64,000 nt of DNA, taken from NCBI GenBank assembly GCA_002633005.1, contig NMRA01000055.1:641856-705855 (forward strand), written 5' to 3'. Every line of letters starts with the position of its first letter. Position 1 is the stretch's first letter. The notes beneath the pieces are model-generated. The model was not told the DNA's origin, searched no databases, and saw only the letters and a program-made list of their open reading frames with translations. This document shows, piece after piece, positions 51,901 to 64,000 of the stretch. This stretch comes from Phoronis australis (lineage: Eukaryota > Animalia > Phoronida). The translations under genes and the position numbers were made by a program.

Positions 51901-54900
51901 TCACATGCTACTTTTTGCAAGTGTCAGCCACCAGGTCACATACTCTGCTCAGTCTTGTGCTTAATGTTATGGCCTAACTCTCGTGACATCTATATAATAC
52001 TTAGTGCTTATCACGTGTGGGGGGAAAAGTTAATGGTGATCAAAAATGTGGAGTTGGGATTCTTCACCAAAGTCATATTAATATCAGTAGACCTGCTTCA
52101 TCGAGGATATGTGTGGAGCCAGAAATGATTGCTTAAGAAAGTAAGGGCATTTTTAAGTGACACTTTAAGTGTAAAATGTATTTTTGGTGAGGTGAAAACC
52201 TCTTAGTTGGTGACTGGATATGGACTACTGCCCGTTTAACATATACAGGATGAGATTTGTACAGAAACTGAAAGGATTATTGTAGCCCCTCAAGTCACCC
52301 ACCCGAAGGACTTTCAAGCTTATATGGACATCTTCGGAGGTCTCAACTGGCACCAGTAGAGACTGTAGTCATCCCTATAGGGCCTCTATACCCTGGACGG
52401 TAGTCATTCCCATTGGCCCTCCATGCCCTGAAGCTTTTTTGTGAATTATGCCTCATACTAATTAAACCATCAAAGTCATGCTGCTGTGAGTACCTTTTGG
52501 GCATAGACGGACACCTTTGGAGGCCACTGCTGTTTTTTACTATTTCTAGTTCATACAAATACTCCCACGATCAATTTCAAATAGTCCTTCGTTCAGTTGT
52601 CCAAATCGGCTACTGGCCATTTTTTACACTGCTTCTGCCAGGGTGTATGAGTGGGAAAACTCTACATGTCTCCAGGTGTGGTACCACATTTTATGAACTA
52701 AATTCCAATCTGCACATAGGCTTTCTCTATGGATTAAGCTCATTGAAAGACATGAGATGTTGTCAAAATCTTGACGCCTTCATGGTTTGCGTTAACTTGA
52801 CTTTTTGTACCAAGGTAATGAATGCCAGCAATTCCTCCGTTGCCAAATTTTGTCATTTAAAGATTGATAAGTGTTGTGTGTTCATATATTCTTTGCACAT
52901 AGTCCTGTCTTTTGTACCAATTTCTTCACATTTTATGTCAGTCACTGTCACCTGTGCTACTGTTCTAATTGTTGAACTGTTTTTTGCATTGATATCAAAT
53001 AAACATTGTATAACTATTGCTACTGAAACAGCGAGACAGACATATATGATGATATTTAATTCATACTTGAACTTTAATTTACAATCTATGCTCATCTGAA
53101 CAGTATGGGACATGCATGGACACGTTTTCAAGTTTTGTTACCCCCAATTCAAGTTGTCTCAATTACTTTTGGTTAATTTTGAAAATTTCTTATGTCTGTC
53201 TAAGGCTAGGTCATTAACAGCTGTCAGCGCAGAGACGGACTCCATACACTTTTTTGTTGGCACGCAATCCTTGAAGAATGATAATCAGGTAACGACTTTC
53301 TATTGGAGAATGCGTCATTCTTAACAGTTTTACTCTGGGTCGATGTAGAGTTGGGTTGGATGGCATTCCGAGTTCTCTGGAATTGTGCTGCGTACTGTAA
53401 AATCTCAGAAATTTTGGACAAAAATATTTTCCAAAGTAGCATTTTTTTATTTTTCAAGGGTTAGTTGTTGTGAATGCCCGCAATGCTTTGAAATATTGTC
53501 TGTTGGTAGCTATGGTACATAATTTAGATATGGAAAACCATCATTCAAGTACTGTATAACAAAATCAATATAAAGTTTCACCTGTCCACCATATTGTATC
53601 ATAAAATGCTAGGATTTTACCAGATACTCATAAAGAATTGGGTAATTGTCCCTACATAAGTTATGTGTATGCTGTCATTTTTTAGGCTGGCGTAGTAGCC
53701 TACTATTGCTTAGGCATGGTATCCTTGTTTTATAGTCTTGTCAATGATTACTAACTGTGCACTCTCTGTGTCCAGTGTTCAATACTGAAAATTCAGGAGT
53801 TACCAGTAAATGTTTACTTTTTGCCGTTCATCTCGCGTACTGGCGTATGGTGTCATACTATTGCTTGGGCATAGTATGCTGGTTTTATATTCTTGAGTAG
53901 AAACTGTGCACTTTCTGTGTCTAGTGTTCTACGCCGAAAGTACAGGGAAAATTAAAATTTGATTTTTGGCATCCATCTTGCATACCATAAAATCACACCG
54001 ATTTACCGGTAAGACACAATAAAACGCCAGGCAAGTGTCACTGAAATTTTATTTTATCATTTTTCCGAGAAACATACACAACACCAAATTCAAAGATTTT
54101 CCATATTCAGTATTTGTACCATCAGCAATCATCAGACAAAGTTTTGAAAAATTGTAGGAATTCACAACACTGTTAGAAGTCCTTGAGAATGAAAAAAGCG
54201 TCATTTTTGGCAATTATTTTTGTCTGAATTTGGTGAGATTTTAACAGTTGAGTTAGAACACGTGTCTACACCAGTTAGTCATATATGAGAGTCTTACATG
54301 AAAAATAGACAGGGCTTTAAAGAGTAACTCTGTCCCAAAATACGACGGCTATGAGATAAGAAAATAGACAAACAGCAGCGCCGCGGTCAACACTGGACGC
54401 AGTTAGTTAATCCTAGAACGGAAAGAATGATACCATAATTTCTGTGTTTATTCGTATTCTCTGGTAAGTTCTGTTTTTTTTTGCCATTGCCGCTCTGTAT
54501 TTGATGATTTGTATTAATTTTTTGTGCACATTAACAGAATAGAATTACTGTTTTTGGCATTATCATTTTGACTAAGTTATGAATTTCTATTTGCATACTT
54601 AGAGAATTCACAGTCGTTCTATGATATCCCATACTCTTTTCTAGGTTTGTTGCCTTAGGTAGGTGCACCAGATTAAATGATTGTTGTTTTATGTACGTGC
54701 ACCATATCACATGATACTTGTCTTCTGTAGGTGCATCAGATCAACTTTGATGAGGAGAACAACGTCATAGACAAGGTGGTGTTCTCACACAGAGTCGGCG
54801 AGATCTGGCACATTAGTAGCTCACCCGCAGATAAAGATGTATTCGCTACGTGTTTCAATAAAAGTAAGTCTTAGAAAAAAAGACGTTTCTCCATTAATTA

Positions 54901-57900
54901 AAAATCCACTTAATACTAACAAGGATAAAATTATGTTGTCAGTACTTCTAAAGACTACTTTAAATGGTAGCATTTTAAAGATTTGCATGCTTCTAACTAT
55001 GCTAATGTATATAGCAGAAACTAAGCGACAATGCTATTTTAACATGTGGTAATCTATGCTAAACAAAGTGGAGTTGTATTCGCTGACAATTTGTAAATGT
55101 GAAAACAAAAATTCAGGCAAGTAGGTGACCTTTGCACTAATGACGTACGTCGTGGGGTCATGTGGCCCGCATCATGCAGTGTTATTCACTAGCCTAACCA
55201 TAGTTACTGGACACGGTTCAATGATTTGCTGCATAGTGTACGAAAGCCTTCCTTCAACAGTTTTTTATTGTTTTCCACCGCCATTTTAGATATTGTATAA
55301 TTTAGTGTGTCAATCAATCTCCTTAGCTTCAGACTCCAAGGCAGAAATGCAGGCTGCCCTCTGGAGGTTGCCAGCAGAGTATAGTACATCTGACCTTGAT
55401 GATGGCTCCTCGAGCATTCCATCCTTAGAACTGCTCACAAGTCTAGGCTCACCTGATTACGGAGATTGTAAATGGTTGGTATTTACTTTAAATCACTTTT
55501 TTCAATATGAAAGAATGTTGGAAATTGTTATGAATGGTTTTGCTTATTGATTCCCAACTTGGTTGTTTTGATGGTTGCTTGCTGACACGGACAAACGCAC
55601 ACTTTTTGAAAACGTTAATGCATTTACCGGTACCAAAAATTGGAATAAAGTTATTAGTACACAGTCAACGATTTTCGTATCTAGTTAAGGTTTTTGGCCT
55701 TCTCTCTGAGGCCTTTCTCAAACTAATGATGACCTCAGAGGCTGGGACGTGCGTATGATATATCCAGTCAAATGAACTTGTGTCATCAACTATTTACCAA
55801 AAAAGAAATTCAAAGTCAGAAGCTTCTAAATCCGCTTTGAAGGAATTTATAATTTTATAAGTCACTAACTTTTTTTCCAGGTTGCTATGTTCAAAGACTT
55901 GACAAATTTCTCAGATAAGTCTCTAATGATTTATCATGAATGTTTGCCAATTTCCTTTATAGCAATATTTGCCAATTGAAAACTATCAGAACTAGTTGTG
56001 ATAACTTTGAGGTCATTTTTATGCACCAAAAAATTATGGTCGCATATTGTCAGCATATTAGCCGTTCATTTTTCGTTGTTACCTTCTCTTAATAATCTCA
56101 AGAGTTAAATGATAAATCATGAAATTAGGCACAAACTTATACGGCAAACATTGACGGGCACCAGTCAATTTTCAGAAGGATTTTACTACCATGACACCCA
56201 TGTTGGTCATTTTAATTTTCAATGAGATATTCCTCGTAATTTTTCTTTGAATATGAATTGCTGCATTTTGCCACAGCTTGGCACAAAGGTACATTCCTGT
56301 TGTCAGCATTTGTTAATGTTTATGTTTGCAGTGTTCTTTGGCAGCCTGTTGATGGAGGTAATCATGTTGTGTTACTGGCCGATAACAACATACTGATGTA
56401 TGATATAAACGCGGGGGCCGAAAATGCCAAGGTGAGCAAATTAAGTGAGAAATAGACTGTATGCCCAATCTATACAGTAGATAATAATAACAACAGATAT
56501 GAAGCCCTTATCGATTCTCATGAATAACTATTATAATTATAAGACGGCGACGAGACCTGGAGAATCACACCATTATCTTTGCCACCGATTCCATGGCAGT
56601 GTTGATGAAAGTTCAATCTGGAAACCTCCCAGCCAACTGGGGTGTCTTCCGATCACGCCACCCTCATCATGTGGTGATTTGGTCTTTCGTACCTGCCCAT
56701 GCCGGTGTCTTGATTAATGAGCGTGCAGATTACCTCGCTGGCTCATGCACCACCAACCAACCCCTCTACTTATATTCGGTTGACGTTAAGCTGCTGGCTC
56801 GCAAACGCTACCTCGAGCAGACTGCATCCCAGCTGGCTGAATTCAATGATGGCAGCCGCCTGCTCGAAGCCGGTATTATTTATGGCCATGCTGCAAAGAG
56901 TCACAAGAAGGGCCGTGCCCGAGTGCTGTCTAATCAAATGCTTACAGGCAACGTCAGCCCTGGAGTTCTGCGCCTTCTGCTGTCACGGGGATGGTCTGGG
57001 GAGGGGATTAATGCACCAGCATATCCCCAATGATCCTGTCCGTGACAGGTATTACAGACGGCGACGAGTGCCAATCCCTGTGTTTTTTCCTGAAGGTCAC
57101 ATATTTTCCAGTCCCACGGGGCTTTTGGGCACACGATTTTGTCAATCAAATTTGTATTTGGCTCATGTTTTAACGACAGAAGACTCTAGATTAAATTTTC
57201 TTTTCGTTCAGCTCACGGCTTCGACTGCGCTAGAGGTCAAAGGTCAACCAAAGTTCAGCACAGGTCGGTGGAATCCTCATCACAGCTGTACACATATAGC
57301 CACTGCCAACGACACGACAATAAGAGGCTGGGACACACGCAATATGGAGTTAGTACTTTTATTAGTCCAATTTTAATATCTAAACGAATTTGCGATATTT
57401 CATTGTTGTAGTGACCATTACTAGATGATGTTTACTCTCTTGTGACTAACTGAGGTGTTTTGTATTTCCTAATGGATGAAAACACCCAGATACATAACTA
57501 TTAAGATTGTGAGTTCAAGGCTCAGTCTTCATAAGGCAATTATTCAGAAACCCTATTTGGATTTCTTCTGTATTCCTCACAGAAATGGGTCTATCTCAGT
57601 CTACTTTAATGTGGTAAATGTTGCTTTTATTACTAATTGTAGAACACGTACAGTACAAGTCTAAAGTAATGGTCATAACGACTAAATCTGTTCTCAGCAA
57701 AAATGGAGGGTAACAACTAATGTGGGGACAAAACTCAAATTACAGCGTGGCTTAGCCACATTACTAACTTCCCTGTTAATTCCCCTCCATTTTAAGTCAT
57801 GAGGGAAGATTACTCTGACAATGAATTCGGCTTCCGCCCAGCCATCATGACAGGGAATTGTGGGTGATTTTTTCTGAATACTTTTGGCTGGTACTGCGCC

Positions 57901-60900
57901 ATAAAAGAATACCAAATCTGTACTGGATCTTTATTGTTTCCGCTAAGGAATGTCCCTGGGGAGTTCTACTGCAATTTCAAGTCATTGTCAAATATCCTGA
58001 ATTTTTATTCAAACTGGCGTCTTGTGTCAGATTTGGGATTCAGATACGGAACAGTTGTTCCTGGACCCTGTGCAGCGCAAGGATTTTTCACTCTGTTCAT
58101 CCACAATATTTCTTTGCCATTTCCAGACAGGTCTACACAATAGAGAACGCTCACGGTCAGGTGGTACGTGACCTTGACTTCAACCCCAACAAGCAGTACT
58201 ACCTTGCCAGTTGTGGCGACGATTGTAAGACAAAGTTCTGGGATGTGCGTAACAATACCGAGCCTGTCATGGTGCTGTCCGATCATTCTCATTGGTGAGT
58301 CATCTATTGACTTTACCTGGCTGCATGTCTAGTGGTACTGCCATGTTCAGGGTAGGGAAATCGGGGCAAAACAGTACATGGGGCAAACCGTTACCCCACT
58401 TTGCCTCAATGACTCCTGTTAAGTCTTTCCTCTTCTTTCGCCGCAAGACAAACATAGTTTTGCTAATTCGTCACCTAACAAGCATGCAGTATGGTGAACA
58501 AATAAAATTTCATATTGTCAATTTTTTTAACAAAACTAAAAGAAATTTAGTCTGTCATAAGCTTGATTTGTTACGTGCAGAGGCCATAAACAGCAATTGA
58601 TGAAGTTTGCAAGTCTCTGAAGAACGGAAAAGTGACCATTTTGTTGGGTAATTATTTGTGTGCAAAACGAGACCTGAAAAATTACCGTACATATTAGACA
58701 GATGTGTACTACACTCACTATTATTATTCGTCATCAAGACAGACTATAAGTATTTATAAATTATTCAATTTTGAACTTTCAATAAGCAAACTGGATTTCA
58801 AGGCTTAGTGCAGTAGTCTGGAACTAACAGGAGTAGTAGTATTATGTACCATTCTCCTGGACTGTTAAAACCAAGAAATTTCCAATATCACGTTCGATTA
58901 AACTTGACAAGCAAGTCTATTGTTTTGGTACACAATGCTGTGGTTGTAGGTGGATCAGAGCTTAAAGTCACACAAAGTAATCAGCAGGCAAAAAATAAGT
59001 CTTAATTTCTATGAAAGTCAGCTGCTTTTTCTCCGAAACTTTTTTGGTGATAATATTTCATACAAAATGTATCATCTTCACAACATTTGTTGAACGTCAT
59101 GTGGACATAGTATTTTTAAATATCGGCCACTAATTAGGTCGTGTGAGCTTGCTTGTTTAGAAAACTTTAGCAAAAAAGGAAGGTACATTCATAGCAAAAC
59201 AACAGGGTCAATAACATGACCAAATTTTGTATGATAGAAACGTTCAAGACAAAATCTCAAAAATGCTGTTCTAGTACCGTTTTTGCTTTATCTATTTTTT
59301 CATAAAAATCATAAAAGTCCTATTGTTAAAGCTGTTCATTCAAAAGTGAAACATTTTAAAAACAATTATATCTAAATGCATTTTTCGAAACAGTGTATAA
59401 AGCATAATATTGCAGTTTCATGTGCATCCAATCAGCCATTTCTGAGATATGATTTTCCAAAGTTGGCCAAAATTGGACGTTTTTCTAAGGTCCTACATAA
59501 CTTTAGGAACTTGCATATATTTCGCACTATTCTCCATTATCTGCCAGTGTAGCCAGGATTTGAACCAGTCTCTTTGAGGGGTAAACCACTGCGTTATCCG
59601 GTCTCCTCTAGCTCCACTTACTGCACTATAACTTGACAAAAGGCCCCTTTATTGTAGTACTTATTTGCCCTTATTTGATTTCCAGGGTTTGGTCCGTCCG
59701 CTTCAACCACTTCCATGATCAGTTAGTGCTGACCTCTAGTAGCGATAGCCGAGTTATTCTGACCAGTACCGTGTCCATCTCATCAGAGCCGTTTGGCCAC
59801 CTGGTGGAAGACGACGAAGATAGCGACGGAAGTGAGAACGAGCGAGAAAAGTATGTGTTCTCTCTTTGACTCGTGCTCTCCACTTCACAATTAATGAATA
59901 AATGTTCAGCCTTGTAGTTATTAGCACCGCACAGCTTAGAAATTTTATATTAGCCGAGTAATTAGCAGTTATGAGTTTATTTTCAGAGGCCTACCTTGCA
60001 CTTTTGGTATGTAGTGTAAGACCAATTATTTGACTTAAGCCTCAAGCCACTTTTCCTGTGGCCTACCTTGCACTTTTGGTATGTAGTGTAAGACCAATTA
60101 TTTGACTTAAGCCTCAAACCACTTTTCCTGTGGCCTACCTTGCACTTTTGGTATGTAGTGTAAGACCAATTATTTGACTTAAGCCTCAAGCCACTTTTCC
60201 TGTGGTTTCAACTATTTTTTCACTGCTTTAAATTACCAAGTTTGTTTATAAATCAAATCACACATGTGGCATTTTTTTGAAGTAGTGACTTGTCGATGTG
60301 ACAGATATTATTGACCGGTTTGTTTATGGTAATGCGCAGTAAAATTTCTTCAGTTTGGAACACAATATCATGGTGAAATTATGGAGATTTATTCCAAAAC
60401 TTCTCACCGAAAGTGAAGTGTACGCATTGCTTAATTACCAAAATGTGCTACCTACAGCTGACTGCATAACTTACATATAAGTAACGTATATTTTTTTTCT
60501 TGGGACATTTTATAGCAATGAAATAAACATAGGCCTGGCTGGAATTGGTTGATTGGGGGGGCATATGACATAGTTTTGCACCCGATTAAAGCCACATGAG
60601 AATTTCAACCTCCTTTATTGTTTTACATCTTTCCCGTAGATTCCCAGTGATTGCTCCTCAGTCCACATTTTTTCTTGTCTTTCCCAAACTTTCCTTAATT
60701 TTTCCCACGTCTGAGGGAACAAGTGGCTAAGGTTTCTCTTCTAACTGTGTTTTGTTTTGCCAACACAGGAAAGACGAACTGTGCGAAGACAGAGTTCTGG
60801 CCAAGTATGAACAACATGAAGATAGCGTTTACGCGGCCGAGTGGTCAGCGGCAGATCCGTGGTTATTCGCTTCTCTCAGTTTTGATGGACGTTTAGTTAT

Positions 60901-60943
60901 CAATCGTGTGCCGCGAGCAGAAAAGTACAAGATATTGTTATGA
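45931..60943 (+). CDS. EIPR1: EARP and GARP complex-interacting protein 1 (TSSC1), WD40 protein, ~383 aa, 9 coding exons
   Basis: Exons: 45931-45972, 53205-53288, 54731-54863, 55327-55474, 56332-56431, 57212-57348, 58127-58294, 59686-59850, 60769-60943. GT-AG introns with consistent phases; 1152 nt. Peptides: [100 protein letters not shown]. Confidence 0.97.
47195..49945 (+). mobile_element. hAT-superfamily DNA transposon (hAT5-like, 5-bp TSD), 2.75 kb, with a degenerate transposase
   Basis: TIRs CAGAGGCGGATCTACG / CGTAGATCCGCCCCTG (15/16 match); CCATA flanks both ends; internal transposase relic. Confidence 0.85.
48252..48841 (+). pseudogene. Degenerate hAT transposase fragment (THAP12/P52rIPK-like), split by an intron
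   Basis: [32 protein letters not shown]...WFQE...[20 protein letters not shown] | intron 48539-48777 (GT..cttccag) | [21 protein letters not shown]. Contains an in-frame stop. Confidence 0.75.
51863..52200 (+). repeat. Diverged direct repeat of 46205-46540
   Basis: Colinear blocks AAGGGACACAAAT, AAAAGTTAATGGTGA.CAAAAA.GTGGA, TGCTTCATCGA.GATATGTGT, AAGAAAGTAAG and GAGGTGAAAAC occur in both copies. Confidence 0.8.
56555..57055 (+). mobile_element. Young 5'-truncated non-LTR retrotransposon (C-terminal half of RNase H) in EIPR1 intron 5
   Basis: Open frame ...[32 protein letters not shown]... to a stop at 57033. Perfect 13-bp direct repeat AGACGGCGACGAG at 56542-56554 and 57056-57068. GC-richer than the flanks. 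Confidence 0.85.
59988..60205. repeat. 72-bp tandem triplication in EIPR1 intron 8
   Basis: Units start at 59988, 60060 and 60132; one substitution among the copies. Confidence 0.95.
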
Positions 60944-62593
60944 CAGACTACTGTGATGGCAATAGTTGGTGGATAACGTATGATTACCATACCAGGGTTG
61001 CGTATCGTAACTAGACTCTTATGGCGAGAAATCTTGGATTGTGGAACGGAAACAGTGTGTTTATGTGGAGCTCTCTCCCGCAATTCAACATTCCGGTCTT
61101 GTCGACGAACCATTTCATTACTGGTGTACTGTAGTAGGGTTAAGTTTTGCCAATTTAGGACACAATGTGACTGACGAGCCAAATTTTAGTTTTATGTAAA
61201 GTATAAGTAGTTCCAAATTAATGATTTTATATGCTCAAGTTCTGTACTAAATCAATCACCAGACAATATTTTGAAAATTTGTGAGCATACAGAACAACCT
61301 TACAACCCTTAAGAAATGTCAATTTTGGCTATTATTTTGTTCGAAATCGGTGAGATATTACCACAGGTTTGCGACATTACTCACAAAACATCAGCTTTAC
61401 ACTAGGTTGATTGTGCATGGCCGTTGTCAATCTTGCAAGATTTTACTGTTATGGAATACACCCTGGTACTGAGTTGTGTAACACAAAACAACTTTTGATT
61501 GTTTGATATCAAAAATATCGATCAACAATTACTAGTGGTGTGATGCCATTGTTGTTGTCCCTCCGTTTATTTTGTGTAATAGAGACCTGGACATTACTAA
61601 CTGGTTATTGTTATTTTGTATAAATTGCTTCTGTTGTAAATAAATCAGTGTAGAAAAAAGGGAAATAGTGACGTAAAAATGTAGGATTGTATAAAATCCC
61701 AGACAGTAACTGTTTGTATAGCAAATGACAGTTACGTCAAAATATTGTTTGATCATTGCCAAGGTATCACACACTAAACAACTTTATCGGATTGGTGAGT
61801 CAAATATCGTGTGAATTTCATGAAATGCACGTGACTGCAAGTCCACATAACCATCATTCTGAGGATGAGCGCAATCATTGACCTAAATGGTCAACTTATT
61901 GTAAATACTCTGACCGTGAATTTTTCCTGATAAATTCCAACATATATTCTGCAATGGTGGGCACTAATTGTTAAAGGTAAAAACAATTCACGCCGGCGGT
62001 AGATTAGAGCCACCATAGTGGGGCCTAAGACATCCTTACTCTTGAGACTTGGTGAATATACTGTAAGACTATGTCTTATTTGTGACTTTTTGAACACATT
62101 TTATTTTCATCAAACATTTTAGATATAGAGTATATAGACTTTTTGTTTCCAACAGAACAACATAAACTAAAAAAACTTTTTGAAAGACGAATCAATTTTC
62201 AGTACTCGCACCATGGGCCCGTGCTGTGGCGCCATAGTATTGAAAGATGGCATTCTTTGGCTGTGTAAACTGCTCTTTTATTGTTCTTCGTGTCGACGAT
62301 TGTCGTTTGGTTTCTGTAAAGAGAAGTACAAAAACAAAGAATTTGACCAAATGACAAAAATAATAATTGATGAAGGCAGCATACGTACTGTGCCAACAAC
62401 ATAAGGTTACATTATGTAGTCTAGATTTAGACTATTCACCACTTGTTCTTAGGGGAAAGTAGTTTTCTGACTCTGGACAGCAAGGACGTATTTTTCTTGC
62501 CAATACCTGGCTTTGATTTGAATTTGCATTCGGCAGAAGAATTAGTCCAAGATTTGAAATTATTCCGAGTTACAGCTGCCTTTCGCCGTATTT

Positions 62594-62746
62594 CAGGGGC
62601 GGATCCAGGATTTTGAGTTAAGGGGGGCCAGGGCACAGCATTAGCCATTGCCCGTCAGACATTCGCACTCCCCAACTGCCAAATGCAATCTGAGACAATT
62701 TTAGGGGGGGACATGCCCCCCTTGGCCCCCTCTAAATCCGCTACTG
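62594..62746. mobile_element. 153-bp MITE of the 5-bp-TSD hAT-like family
   Basis: CAGGGGCGGATCCAG ... TAAATCCGCTACTG, flanked on both sides by TATTT. Confidence 0.8.
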
Positions 62747-64000
62747 TATTTAGTTGACTAGCACTACAGGAGGTCCATCGAAACTGGACCGTCTACTACG
62801 GTGGCAGCGCTAAAATGTTGGCCAGTGATTTTTTGTTCACAAAATGGACGGGAACCTAAACTGGTTGGTACATATACGTATAAGGGATACCGTAGTACCA
62901 ACTAAGTGAAGCATAGCATAAAGATTGGAGCATTTCAGTTCTTCGTATGACTATGCAAAACTATATTTTGATTAGACTACGGTACATTTGTGTCAGTATA
63001 TTCATGTGCTTTGTTGAACGCAACGTTCCACTTGTTTTTAATGGCCTTAATGGATAAACGTTCTATTAGGCGGCAGGTTGATCTCAGTCGCGTCTAGATC
63101 ATGTACTCTGGCATATTTTGAGTATCGTTCACTGTGCCAAGTATGCGCGTATTACCGCCCATGCGCCAGAATGCGAAATTGCACCTATATCCGGAATCAA
63201 GTGCTTACACAAAATCACAAAGTTGAAAAGTGTACTAGAGAAACTTGACTTAAACATCAGGGCCCAGTTACATAAAAGTTATACGCCGTATAGCAGCAAT
63301 TACGTCGCATTATCACGCGTCACGTTTTTATTGTTGAACAATGCACCTGATGTCATGCAACACTCAAACTTATCGAGCGGATAACTTTTGAAGCTTTATG
63401 GTGCTATATAGGTTACATGAGAAGTACAAAATATGAAGAAAATGAGTAGCAAAAACGAATTTGTGTATGAACGCGAGGGATTATCGTCCACACTACTAAG
63501 TGAAACATAGGAGCACTGATGCGCCTATATGCGAAACCAGAGCAAAATACGCTTTGAAAAACGTCATCACTTCCAAGTATGGGCATGAGCCTATATACAT
63601 GCGAATACGGAATGCGCAAAAATCCATTTTCATTTTTTACTCATTAGCGAAATAGTTACCAACAGGAACCTCAAACCACCAGCAACTCAAAAGAAAAACG
63701 CTTTAGAGTTTATTGTTGTTGGCCAACCCTGTGACTAGAACTTGCGAATTCTAAAGTGGCGCGTGTAGGCTTTGCTTGCGACTTGAGTTTCTAGTGGAAA
63801 TGGAATTCTATCATACCGATAACAAAATTAGAGTAAACTTAGCAGGAATAGTTCGATTTTCTTTTTAGCCTGCTCAACCTGGCGAAATGCAACTTGTTTT
63901 GATTGTCGATTTTGATGAGGGCCTAAATCATTGCGCCTGTGTGGCATTACTGTCTTGTGCTTATCGTAGTGTTAAATAAAGGCGATGCATCATTCAGTAA

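Noticed and set aside
52413-53099. 228-aa ORF in EIPR1 intron 1
   Set aside because: Non-ATG start, Cys/Phe/Leu-rich composition typical of non-coding frames, and no recognisable domain on either strand.
56717-57376. 219-aa ORF apparently fusing novel sequence to WD40 sequence
   Set aside because: An alternative frame of the LINE fragment that reads through intron into EIPR1 exon 6, which has its own acceptor at 57211.
59983-60189. ORF with a 24-aa repeated peptide
   Set aside because: By-product of the 72-bp tandem triplication on the antisense strand of an intron.
61000-64000. Additional gene downstream of EIPR1
   Set aside because: Only short ORFs with no recognisable motifs or consistent exon chain; looks like 3' UTR, repeats and intergenic DNA.

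Overview
AT-rich, intron-rich animal genomic DNA, probably a marine invertebrate (inference; the taxon cannot be fixed from the sequence). It is not prokaryotic, so most short ORFs in the track are noise or exon pieces. I reconstructed by hand two complete housekeeping genes arranged head-to-head with start codons about 715 bp apart: TRAPPC12/TTC15 (minus strand, 13 coding exons, 45216->12446, ~775 aa) and EIPR1/TSSC1 (plus strand, 9 coding exons, 45931->60943, ~383 aa). The same divergent pair exists in human. A two-exon class A GPCR (~472 aa) is nested antisense inside TRAPPC12 intron 5. At the left end are a single-coding-exon TRIM-type RING + non-conjugatable ubiquitin-like fusion gene (6406-6945) and a probable small secreted-peptide gene that the ORF track misses. 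Introns hold many mobile elements: a hAT-type family with 5-bp target duplications (one copy with an intron-containing transposase relic nested inside another DNA transposon), two RNase H-bearing non-LTR retrotransposon 3' fragments with target duplications, Helentron/DINE-1-like elements, tRNA-derived SINE-like copies and tandem repeats. No CRISPR array, rRNA or intact tRNA gene was found. Homology calls rest on recalled protein motifs, not database searches.
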